Part shown: positions 37,750-46,539 of the stretch, in pieces | Numbering within the stretch: the stretch's first letter is position 1 | Layout: the number at the start of each line of letters is the position of its first letter | Assembly (NCBI GenBank): GCA_964426025.1 | Contig: CAYRQB010000004.1 | Coordinates: forward strand, 1-48,033 | Source: an uncultured Heliomicrobium sp. | Lineage (GTDB): Bacteria > Acidobacteriota > Blastocatellia > RBC074 | Length of the DNA: 48,033 nucleotides | Reading direction: 5' to 3' | The notes under the pieces: model-generated | The model's input: the letters and a program-made list of their open reading frames with translations, nothing else | Databases searched by the model: none | Told to the model about the DNA's origin: nothing | Program-made: the position numbers and the translations under genes

Positions 37750-40041
37750 ATGCGCAGATTAGTCATCGTTGCCCTGCTGTTTTTGCTGATGTCCGCCCTG
37801 CCATATTTGCAACTGGCGGAAGATTCGGCTTTTCATCCGAAATCGCTGGCCGCGCTCGGATTCGTTTTGCTGGCGGCGTACACGCTGGGCGAAATCGCCG
37901 GTAAATTCAAACTGCCGAAAATCACCGGTTACATCGTCACCGGATTGTTGTTTGGTCCGTATGTCATCAACCTTTTTTCCGTCGGAGTGGTCGAAGACAT
38001 CAAACTGATCAACAGCCTGGCAGTGGCGCTGATTGCGCTGACTGCCGGAGCCGAAATGAAGCTGGACAGTTTGAAGGCTGTCGCTCGCAGTCTGGGTTGG
38101 ATTACTCTGGTCAAAGGCTCGCTGATTCTGATTGCCGTCACGGCCACAGTATTTGCCGCTCGTCCGCTGATTCCTTTTCTGGCTGGCGCGTCCGCTCCGT
38201 TGGTGTTGTCGGTGGGAATGATTTTCGGAGTTTTGGCCGTCGGCACTTCGCCTGCGGCCACGATTGCGGTCATCAACGAAACGCAATCGCGCGGCAGGCT
38301 CAGCGACATCACGCTGGGCGTGGCTGTGGCGAAAGACGTGGTGATGGTTGTGCTGCTGGCGTTGGCGATTTCACTGGCCAAACTTTTTTCGACCGCCGGA
38401 GCCAGCTTCGATTCGTCGGTTCTGCTGACGGTCGGCGAAGAGCTTTTGTTGTCGGTCACGGTTGGCGCGCTGCTCGGCGTCATTATCATCGCCTACATTC
38501 GATTCGTTCACGCCGAAATGTGGCTGTTCATCATCGCGATGATCTTTCTCAACACCTTCATCGCCGAACGTTTTCATCTGGAAGCTCTGCTTACTTTCAT
38601 CGTCGCCGGATTCGTCGTCCAGAATTTTTCAAAGTACGGTGACGAATTCATTCATCCGGTCGAAGAGGTTTCGCTGCCGGTTTATGTCGTTTTCTTTTCG
38701 ATTGCAGGGGCGGGCCTGGATTTGAACGCTCTGCGTCAGGTATGGCTGGTTGCGTTGATTCTGGTGGCGGTGCGCATCGTCGCCATCTTTGCCGGAACGC
38801 GAATCGCGGTGACGCTGGCAAAAGAAAGCTCCGCCATCAAAAGCAACGCCTGGCTCAGTTTTATTTCTCAGGCTGGCGTGGTGTTGGGGCTTTCCACCAT
38901 AGTTGAAAACAACCTGCCCCAGCTTGGCGGCGAAATCAAAACCGTCGTGCTGGGAACCATCGGTCTGAATCTGATTCTTGGGCCGATCACGTTCAAGGCC
39001 GCTCTGACGCGAGCCGGAGAAACAATTGAAAAACGCGAAGCCGCATCAGCAATGCAACAGGTTGAATCCGCTGATCAGGATGAAAGCGACGTCGGGTTGG
39101 CAAGGCTTGCGGAATCCGGATGGCCCGAACCGCACTTTGAATCCGCCGAACTGAACGAAGCTGCGCTGACTGTTCGTTCGCGGTTGGTGGCTTTGCAAGA
39201 GCAGGGCGAACGAAACCTGGTCTCGCCCCAGGCGGATCAATGGCGTGATTTCATCGTTCGCATGCGCGAACAGACACTGCAATCTTTCAATCATCTGAGC
39301 CAGGAATCAGAAAGCTTCGCCATCGAAAAGGCGCAGAAACTGATTCACTGCGTCAGGAAAAATCGCATTGCCTTTTCCGAATGGACGCGAAAGGAAACAG
39401 AAGCAATGGCGAAATCCGACGAGCAGGCGAAAATTGAGGACTCATTCAGAAAGTTGTTCGACGGTCTGGCGGCGATTCACAAAAAATTGCCCGATAGCAT
39501 AGTTGTAGTTCAGGAAGATGAAAGATTCGAAGCTTCGATTGACGACAGACTTTACATTCGCTTCGTCAAAATGCTGAAACGAAACCGCAGATCGTTGCGC
39601 CGATTGTTCAACGTGAAATCGGAATTGACGCGCGATGTGCTGTTCACACAATTGGCGAAATATTACTGCGCCGGATTGTTGCCGCAGCGATTGAATCGGA
39701 TGGCGAATCTGGTTTACGCGCAACCGCTGGCCGCGCTGCGAAGCAGTCGCCGCAGTTTTGATTTCATTGACCGGCAATATGAAACGATCATCTCCATGTT
39801 GGAAGAAAATAGCGGCGAAGGAATAACTGCTGAAAAATTGGGCGGCGTGATTCGGGAATCAATCGAGTCATTGCAGAAAAAGTTTGAATCCGCGCTGGCC
39901 GAACAGGAACAGTTTCGCGAAGCAGTCAAAAAGGAAATGACCACTACGTTCTCAGGAGTTTATGGCGAAATGCTCAAAGCATTGTCGTTGGCGGGAACTT
40001 TCGAATTGCCGCGTCGCCGTTTTCGCCTGCCGAAAGTTTGA
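37750..40041 (+). CDS. cation:proton antiporter (CPA2-like) with ~350-aa uncharacterised helical cytoplasmic tail
   Basis: 763-aa ORF with the SD GGAGAA 6 nt upstream. It has a hydrophobic N-half (PKITGYIVTGLLFGPYV ...). From about nt 38995 it becomes a hydrophilic, helix-prone region with no GxGxxG. Confidence 0.8.
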   Translation: MRRLVIVALLFLLMSALPYLQLAEDSAFHPKSLAALGFVLLAAYTLGEIAGKFKLPKITGYIVTGLLFGPYVINLFSVGVVEDIKLINSLAVALIALTAGAEMKLDSLKAVARSLGWITLVKGSLILIAVTATVFAARPLIPFLAGASAPLVLSVGMIFGVLAVGTSPAATIAVINETQSRGRLSDITLGVAVAKDVVMVVLLALAISLAKLFSTAGASFDSSVLLTVGEELLLSVTVGALLGVIIIAYIRFVHAEMWLFIIAMIFLNTFIAERFHLEALLTFIVAGFVVQNFSKYGDEFIHPVEEVSLPVYVVFFSIAGAGLDLNALRQVWLVALILVAVRIVAIFAGTRIAVTLAKESSAIKSNAWLSFISQAGVVLGLSTIVENNLPQLGGEIKTVVLGTIGLNLILGPITFKAALTRAGETIEKREAASAMQQVESADQDESDVGLARLAESGWPEPHFESAELNEAALTVRSRLVALQEQGERNLVSPQADQWRDFIVRMREQTLQSFNHLSQESESFAIEKAQKLIHCVRKNRIAFSEWTRKETEAMAKSDEQAKIEDSFRKLFDGLAAIHKKLPDSIVVVQEDERFEASIDDRLYIRFVKMLKRNRRSLRRLFNVKSELTRDVLFTQLAKYYCAGLLPQRLNRMANLVYAQPLAALRSSRRSFDFIDRQYETIISMLEENSGEGITAEKLGGVIRESIESLQKKFESALAEQEQFREAVKKEMTTTFSGVYGEMLKALSLAGTFELPRRRFRLPKV

Positions 40042-40064
40042 TTCAAACGATATTCAAACCATGA

Positions 40065-42299
40065 TTGGCAGTCGAGGCAATCGCACATGGTTTTCCGATG
40101 CATGAAAAAACTCAACAATTGATCGCGGAATCCGGCGAAGTCTGGAAGAGTTACGCCACAGGTCTGGCCGACGGATACAAGCAGCATCTGGACGCGATAA
40201 GGTTGATGGATCAGGTCAGCCTGTCTGCGGACGAAACGGTTTTCAACGTCCTGAAGAGCATTGACGCGAGTCTGACTTCCGGCCTGGTTGCCGCCAAAGA
40301 GCAATGCGAAAAAAGCCGCGCGGCGCTGGTTTCCGCATTTGAATCTCAGGCCGGTTCGGACGCCGTCAAAGAAATAATCGTCAAAGAGCGCGACGAGACT
40401 TGCGATTTCATTCGCCAACAGACTTTGCCGCAATTGTCGCGAATGCGCGAAAGTCGCCCGCTCAACGCCTTGATTGAAGTCATGCTGGAGCGGTTTTCGG
40501 CATTGGCCAACGAACTTCCTGAAAGGTATCGGATACTTGACGAAAAGGGACTGGAACAGATTTCGGATTACGGTCAAATGCCGTCGGAACCCAAGTTGAA
40601 AAGCGTGCCGATGCGCTCGATTGCGCGTTCGTGGCTGGAAACGAAAATCGCGCGCGATCTGGGCGAAGTCAATCGAATGATGTTTGAACAGGTTGACGGT
40701 TCGATCCGCACGGTCAACGAAGCCAGCCAGATCATCAGTTTCAATTTGCGAGTCGCGGCCAGCGAATGTGAACGCTCGGCGCAACAGCCGCAGGCTTCGC
40801 CCGATCTTTCGCATGCCAGAGAACTGGCACTCAACGGATTGCAGATGGCCGTCAACCGCCTGGATTCGGCGCTGGAAAAACTGGCGCGTCTGAAGGAACA
40901 GGTTTACGAACAGATACTATCGCGCGTGGACGTGCGCATGCGCGAGGTTGAGGCTGTGGCCTTTCAACAGGCCGGAGCTGAAGAACAGGCCGCGCTCAGG
41001 CAGAAATTGCTGATCGCCCGCGCCGGGCATTTATTCGATCATTCGCGTAAACAGATTGCTGAAGGATGGCGTCATCTGCACGAACGTTTCGCGCCGCTCA
41101 GCCGCGAAGTGGTCAGGGATTTGAAATCCACGCTGGGATTGCAGCGGTTTTCGCCCGCTGAAGTTCTGTCAATTTACGATCAAGCCAAACTGGATCAGGA
41201 AGCGCTTGGCCGTTTGCCGTTCATTTACCGAAAACTTTACGACATCAGCCCGCTGGAATCGGCTGATTTGCTGGTCGCTCGCGAAGAAGAAATGAGTTTG
41301 ATTGAAACCGCCAGAGACCGCTGGCAACAGGGAATGCCCTGCGCAGTGGCTGTGATCGGCGAACTGGGCAGCGGCAAAACCAGCCTGATCAATGCGGCGA
41401 TTGAACAAACTCTGAAAGGTTTTCGAATCTACAGCAAACGATTTACTCAGACGGCAACTGATGAATCATTGCTGGCGCGCGAACTGGCGCGAATGCTCAG
41501 ATTGCCGCGAGTGAAAACTTTGGACGAATTGCAACCGCGCCTGCTTGAATTGGGACAGCGCGCGGTGATCGTTCTGGAAGACGCGCATCAACTTTACCAG
41601 CGCGAAGTCGGCGGATTTGCGACGCTGAAAAAGCTGCTCCTGCTGATTGCGCGCACCAGCCATCAGGTTTTATGGATCATCTCCATGCGCAAATACGCCT
41701 GGAGTTATCTGAACATGATTTTGCGCATTGCCGACAGCTTTACTTTCGTCGTCAACACCGAAAATCTTGACGGCAACGAACTGGAACAGGTGATTCTGGC
41801 TCGCCATCGCGTCAGCGGTTTCGGTCTGCGTTTCATGCCGGATGAAATCATGCAACAAAGACGAAAATTCCGGCAGAGCGATGACGACGAACAACAGGAA
41901 ATGTTAAGCGAGGCGTACTTCGAATCGCTGGCCAGAGCTTCGGAAGGCAACATTCTTTCCGCCATCTTTTATTGGCTGAAATCGCTGGCCGAATTGAGTG
42001 GCAACGATTTGATCGTCAACCCGCTTAAACCTCTGCGATTCGATTTTCTGCGCGAAATGCCTGTGACTCATTTGCTGACTCTGAGCCTGATCATCCAGCA
42101 CGGCAATCTGACGGCGGTCGAACACGCGCGGATTCTTCGCACAGAAGTTGACACCAGTTTGTCCGTGCTGTCGCATTTGATGAACATCAATCTGTTGACC
42201 AGCGAAACGAATGAAAAAGGCGAGGAAAGGTTTGCCATCAGTCGAGTGGTTTACCTGCCGCTGACCAAAGAACTGAAGGCCGCGAACATTCTGCCGTGA
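40065..42299 (+). CDS. soluble AAA+ (AAA_16/ORC-Cdc6/STAND-like) ATPase with long helical N-region and wHTH-like C-terminus
   Basis: 744-aa ORF starting at TTG 40065 or ATG 40098. It has Walker A GELGSGKTS (41358-41384) and Walker B VIVLEDAH (41565-41588). It has no TM segments. Confidence 0.8.
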   Translation: MAVEAIAHGFPMHEKTQQLIAESGEVWKSYATGLADGYKQHLDAIRLMDQVSLSADETVFNVLKSIDASLTSGLVAAKEQCEKSRAALVSAFESQAGSDAVKEIIVKERDETCDFIRQQTLPQLSRMRESRPLNALIEVMLERFSALANELPERYRILDEKGLEQISDYGQMPSEPKLKSVPMRSIARSWLETKIARDLGEVNRMMFEQVDGSIRTVNEASQIISFNLRVAASECERSAQQPQASPDLSHARELALNGLQMAVNRLDSALEKLARLKEQVYEQILSRVDVRMREVEAVAFQQAGAEEQAALRQKLLIARAGHLFDHSRKQIAEGWRHLHERFAPLSREVVRDLKSTLGLQRFSPAEVLSIYDQAKLDQEALGRLPFIYRKLYDISPLESADLLVAREEEMSLIETARDRWQQGMPCAVAVIGELGSGKTSLINAAIEQTLKGFRIYSKRFTQTATDESLLARELARMLRLPRVKTLDELQPRLLELGQRAVIVLEDAHQLYQREVGGFATLKKLLLLIARTSHQVLWIISMRKYAWSYLNMILRIADSFTFVVNTENLDGNELEQVILARHRVSGFGLRFMPDEIMQQRRKFRQSDDDEQQEMLSEAYFESLARASEGNILSAIFYWLKSLAELSGNDLIVNPLKPLRFDFLREMPVTHLLTLSLIIQHGNLTAVEHARILRTEVDTSLSVLSHLMNINLLTSETNEKGEERFAISRVVYLPLTKELKAANILP

Positions 42300-43630
42300 A
42301 TCAGGTGAATTCAATGTCGAACGGGTCGAAGAAAAATTTGATTCTGATCTGCGTTATGGCGGTTATCGCGCTGGCGTTGACGCCCTGTGTTGTCTTGGCT
42401 CAATCGAATCCTCCTGAGCGTGAACAGGAAGAATCAGAACAGTCGCCGCAATCGAAGGAACAATCGAAGGAGAAAGCAGAGCCGCAGGAGAAGGGAAAAC
42501 CCACTCCGACGCCACAAGCGAAGAAGCCGGTTCAGGGCGAACCTGTTCCCACGCCCAGGAAACCCGCGCAGGCGCAATCCGAACCAAAGCAGGGCGAGAA
42601 ACCGCCGCAAGCGACGCCGACGCCATCGCCGACGCCCACTGCGACTCCGGCGGCGGAGAAGACAGATGAAGCATCCGTTCCGCAGACTTCGCCAACGCCT
42701 GCGCCAACCGCCACCGAACAACCGACGCCGGTTAAGAGTCCTGAGCAAGCGGCGTCTCCGCAACCGACTCCATCGCTTGCAATCGCGCCTGTGCAGGAAT
42801 CGCAACCCGCGGGCGACGAACCCGGACAAACGTCTGCGAGCCTGCGGCACGAACTGGACAAGCTGGCGCAATCGTTCACCTTCTGGAAAATAGTTCTATC
42901 GTTGCTGGTCTTAACGCTCGGTTATCTGATCAATCGAGTCATCGTTTTGTTTGCGGCGCGCATCGGCAAACAGAAATCGGTTCAGGCCGAACGCCTGCGC
43001 CGAATGACGCCTTTCATCAGTTTCGGATTGTGGTTTTTAGTGGTTGGCCTGGTGACGGGAATTTTCGTGCAATCAATGCTGGCCACTGTCGCGTTGATGG
43101 CAATAGTCATCATCGCCGCAGGAGTCGCTTCGCAGCCGTTGTTGCGGGATTTGATCGGCGGCATAGTGATTCTGTTCGAGCGTCCGTTTCAAATCGGCGA
43201 CCGCGTCACGATCGGTCCTCATCAGGGCGAAGTGAAAGTCATAGGCTTGCGTTCTTTTCACGTTTCGAACGGCGATGGATCGCTGGTTGCGGTTCCCAAT
43301 TCGGAGGTGTTACGTCAAGCCGTCGTCAATGCCAGCCTGGGGCGAATGGAAGGTTTGGTGACGACCGAACTGCCGTTGCCAGCCGGATGCAATCTGGCCG
43401 AGGCCAAACAGATCGCCTTCGAAGCCGCCGCCGTTTCGCCCTATATCTCCATCCATCAGCCTGTCGAGGTTCTGGTTGATGTTTTGAAGTCGGGCGATTC
43501 AAACGCCCGGCTGATCGTTCGGTCTCATGTTTTCGATGTGCAATACGAGCGTGAATTGCGCAGCGATACGATTGAACGCGCACAGGAGGGATTCAATAAA
43601 TTGCGCTCAGCGAATGAAGAGAAACGATAA
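42296..43630 (+). CDS. MscS-family mechanosensitive channel with signal peptide and ~150-aa Pro/Thr/Glu/Lys-rich N-terminal tract
   Basis: 444-aa ORF. GTG 42296 overlaps the upstream stop; the alternative ATG 42314 follows AGGTG. The MscS core is RDLIGGIVILFERPFQIGDRV. Confidence 0.85.
   Translation: MNQVNSMSNGSKKNLILICVMAVIALALTPCVVLAQSNPPEREQEESEQSPQSKEQSKEKAEPQEKGKPTPTPQAKKPVQGEPVPTPRKPAQAQSEPKQGEKPPQATPTPSPTPTATPAAEKTDEASVPQTSPTPAPTATEQPTPVKSPEQAASPQPTPSLAIAPVQESQPAGDEPGQTSASLRHELDKLAQSFTFWKIVLSLLVLTLGYLINRVIVLFAARIGKQKSVQAERLRRMTPFISFGLWFLVVGLVTGIFVQSMLATVALMAIVIIAAGVASQPLLRDLIGGIVILFERPFQIGDRVTIGPHQGEVKVIGLRSFHVSNGDGSLVAVPNSEVLRQAVVNASLGRMEGLVTTELPLPAGCNLAEAKQIAFEAAAVSPYISIHQPVEVLVDVLKSGDSNARLIVRSHVFDVQYERELRSDTIERAQEGFNKLRSANEEKR
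42401..42844 (+). repeat. low-complexity Pro/Thr/Glu/Lys/Gln-rich coding tract
   Basis: About 148 codons follow the predicted signal-peptide cleavage site (VLA-QS). Five of the six reading frames carry a listed ORF here, as expected for compositionally biased DNA. Confidence 0.7.
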
Positions 43631-43660
43631 CAGTAATGACAGACCATAGGAGAAGACAAA

Positions 43661-44548
43661 ATGGATTTATCGCAGTTGATTGACAGGGTAGTAACGATTC
43701 TGCGTTACCCGATGATGAAACTTGGGGACACGGAAATCACTTTGATGGTTTTGATTCAATTTCTGATTCTCCTGCTGCTGTTGGTGTATTTCACCGGCAG
43801 ATTGAAAAAGCTTCTGGTTGAACGATTGCTTGTTCGCACGAAACTGGATGTCAGCGCGCGACAGGCCATCGGTTCGATCACGCGTTACCTGGCCTTGCTG
43901 GTCGGATTGCTGATCATTCTGCAATCGGTTGGAATCAATCTGACGACCTTGAATGTGATTGCCGGCGCGGTCGGCATCGGCGTCGGTTTCGGTTTGCAGA
44001 ATATCGCCAGCAATTTCATCAGCGGGCTGATCATACTTTTTGAACGGCCAATCAAGATCGGCGACCGCATCGTGGTCGGCGATGTTGACGGCGATGTGGT
44101 TGAAATCGGCGCTCGCAGCACAATCGTCGTGACAAACAACAACATTGCGGTGATTGTCCCCAATTCAAATTTCATTTCCGAAACCGTCATCAACTGGAAA
44201 TACACTGATTCCAAAGTCAGATTTGAAATCCCTGTCGGCGTTTCTTACGGCAGCGACGTCCGTCTGGTTGAAAAACTGCTGCTGGAAGCGGCCAGGGAAA
44301 ATCCTGACGTGCTTGATGATCCGAAACCGGATGTCTGTTTTCGCGAATTCGGCGACAGCAGTTTGAATTTCAGCCTGCGCGTTTGGAATAAAAATCATGT
44401 TCATAGGAAACTGGTTTTGTACAGTTCATTGAATTTCGCCATCTTCGACAAATTCAAACAGCATGGCATCGAAATACCATTCCCGCAGCGTGATCTGCAC
44501 ATTCGCAGCGGGGAACTGAAAATCAAAAGAGCGACAACTTCGGCTTGA
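43661..44548 (+). CDS. mechanosensitive ion channel, MscS family
   Basis: 295-aa ORF with the SD AGGAGA 7 nt upstream. It has [20 protein letters not shown] and the conserved C-terminal [11 protein letters not shown]. Confidence 0.88.
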   Translation: MDLSQLIDRVVTILRYPMMKLGDTEITLMVLIQFLILLLLLVYFTGRLKKLLVERLLVRTKLDVSARQAIGSITRYLALLVGLLIILQSVGINLTTLNVIAGAVGIGVGFGLQNIASNFISGLIILFERPIKIGDRIVVGDVDGDVVEIGARSTIVVTNNNIAVIVPNSNFISETVINWKYTDSKVRFEIPVGVSYGSDVRLVEKLLLEAARENPDVLDDPKPDVCFREFGDSSLNFSLRVWNKNHVHRKLVLYSSLNFAIFDKFKQHGIEIPFPQRDLHIRSGELKIKRATTSA

Positions 44549-46362
44549 ATATGCCTGATTTCACTTTGACTGCTCTCACATTCAAGGCTGTCATGACGGT
44601 GATCATTTTGATTGCCGCCGTCTACAGTTTTATCGCCGAAAAACTGCCGCCGGACGTGACGGCTTTGCTGGCAATGCTGGCGTTGTTGTTGACAGGCATT
44701 CTGCAACCTTCGGAAGCATTCGCCGGTTTCAGTCATCCGGCCACCATCTCCGTCGCCGCGGTGCTGGTTCTGTCGGCGGGCATCGAACGCACTGGCGCGC
44801 TTTCATTTCTGGCGCGCCGCATACTTGCTCCCATCGGACATTCCGAACTTCTGTTGACGGTCGTCATTATGGTGGCGATTGGCGGAATGTCTGCTTTCAT
44901 CAACAACACAGCAGCCGTCGCGATTTTCATTCCCGTCGTGTTGGATGTCTGTCGCCGGACAGGAGCAAGTCCCGGACGCGTGTTGATGCCGATGTCGCAC
45001 GCCGCGACGATTGGCGGCATGTGCACACTGATCGGAACTTCAACCAATCTGGTTGCTCACGAATACGCGCGAAGCCAGGGCTTGCCGGGCTTTTCAATGT
45101 TTGAACTCGGCCAGGTCGGTTTTCCCATGCTGTTGGCCGGTTTCGCTTACATGCTGCTGGTCGGGCGATGGTTTCTGCCGCGCAGCGACGGGACGCAGCC
45201 GGAAGCTTTTGAATCAAGCGAACCGTATCTGGCTGAGTTGATCGTCAAACCAGGTTCGTCCTGGATCGGACGTGAAGTCAGCGCCGAAAGTTTTGAGCGT
45301 GATTTCGATCTGGAGCTTCTGGATTTGAGCCGCGTCGGTCGCAGCCTCAGTCTGAGCGGGCCTCATCCATTGCTTATTTCCGGCGATTCTTTACGCGTGC
45401 GCGGGCCGCTCAACAAGGTGATGGCGCTGGCAAATCTGGGAGAGCTTGAGCTTCACCGCCCTGAAGACGATAAGAAAGACGGTCAAAAGACTGAAGGGGA
45501 GAATAAGTTGTTGGCGGAAGTCGTGGTGCTGAGTTCTTCAAACCTGATTGGGCAAACGCTCAAGCAAATGCGCTTTGCCGAACGGTTCAACACAGTTGTG
45601 CTGGCATTGCGCCGCCGTGGAACCGCCACCGGACGGCCTTCAACAACTCCGCTCAGAGCCGGTGACGTTCTGGCTGTGGAAACCAGCATGCAATCGCTGA
45701 AGGCATTGGATGACGCGCTGGGATTTTTGGTCATCGGCACGCCGGAAGTTTCCGTGCCGCGAACCGGAAAACTGGTGATCACGATTTTGACGCTGGTGGG
45801 CGTCATCGCGCTTGTGTCGTTCGGCGTTATGCCCATCATCACCGCCGCCACTGCCGGTTGTGCAGTGCTGATGCTGACGGGTTGTTTGCGTCCGCGCGAA
45901 GCTTATCAGGCGATTGATCTGAGCATAGTTTTTCTGCTGGCCGGTTCGTTGGCGCTTGGCGCGGCGCTGGAACGATCAGGTTTGACGACTGTGCTGGCAG
46001 ATTCGCTGCTGAAGCTGCAGGACATCGCCAGCCCCTTCGTTATTCTGGCGGGCTTTTTCCTGGCGGCGGTCATCATCTCCGAATTTATGTCCAACAGCGG
46101 AACCGTGCCGCTGCTGGCGCCGATTGCGATTACGATTGCGACAAAATTGAATTTGAATCCAACGGCGCTGATTGCGGCGATCACCTTCGGTTCCACCGCA
46201 GCCTTCGCCATGCCAATCGGATATCAAACCAGCCTGATGATTTACGGACCAGGCGGTTATCGCTTCAAGGACTTTGTGCGAATGGGTTTAGTCCTTGATC
46301 TGTTGTTGGCCATTCTGGCTCTCTGGTTGATTCCTAAATTCTGGCCACTGACGCTTTCATAA
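44545..46362 (+). CDS. SLC13/DASS-family permease with two central TrkA-C (RCK_C) domains
   Basis: 605-aa ORF. TTG 44545 overlaps the upstream stop; the alternative start is ATG 44551. Polytopic halves flank two soluble modules of the type L.E..V...S...G.TL....F......V.L...R. Confidence 0.87.
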   Translation: MNMPDFTLTALTFKAVMTVIILIAAVYSFIAEKLPPDVTALLAMLALLLTGILQPSEAFAGFSHPATISVAAVLVLSAGIERTGALSFLARRILAPIGHSELLLTVVIMVAIGGMSAFINNTAAVAIFIPVVLDVCRRTGASPGRVLMPMSHAATIGGMCTLIGTSTNLVAHEYARSQGLPGFSMFELGQVGFPMLLAGFAYMLLVGRWFLPRSDGTQPEAFESSEPYLAELIVKPGSSWIGREVSAESFERDFDLELLDLSRVGRSLSLSGPHPLLISGDSLRVRGPLNKVMALANLGELELHRPEDDKKDGQKTEGENKLLAEVVVLSSSNLIGQTLKQMRFAERFNTVVLALRRRGTATGRPSTTPLRAGDVLAVETSMQSLKALDDALGFLVIGTPEVSVPRTGKLVITILTLVGVIALVSFGVMPIITAATAGCAVLMLTGCLRPREAYQAIDLSIVFLLAGSLALGAALERSGLTTVLADSLLKLQDIASPFVILAGFFLAAVIISEFMSNSGTVPLLAPIAITIATKLNLNPTALIAAITFGSTAAFAMPIGYQTSLMIYGPGGYRFKDFVRMGLVLDLLLAILALWLIPKFWPLTLS

Positions 46363-46400
46363 TCGGTTCGGAACTAAATCAAAGCAAAAAACTTTGAAAC

Positions 46401-46505
46401 AGGATTTACATGATTTTTTTTCAGGATGAACAAGACTCAAACCTGCTGGGAACCTTGCTGGATTTGACGAGCCTGTAAATCCCGCTGCAAATCTTGTTCA
46501 TCCTG
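46401..46505. repeat. interleaved inverted repeats in the convergent intergenic spacer (REP-like)
   Basis: GGATTTACA (46402-46410) pairs with TGTAAATCC (46474-46482). CAGGATGAACAAGA (46422-46435) pairs with TCTTGTTCATCCTG (46492-46505). The arms run in the order A-B-A'-B'. Confidence 0.55.
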
Positions 46506-46539
46506 TCAAAAAAAGTGTCTCAATGTTGCTTGTCCCGAT

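Noticed and set aside
42363-42893. Four additional ORFs (both strands) across the PT-rich tract.
   Set aside because: Compositional bias keeps several frames open. Only the MscS frame continues into a recognisable domain.
46411-46515. Bidirectional rho-independent terminator between SLC13 and the oxidoreductase gene.
   Set aside because: The T-run lies 5' and the A-run 3' of the 14-bp stem in both reading directions, which is the inverse of a terminator. The arms are separated by 56 nt and interleave with a second repeat.
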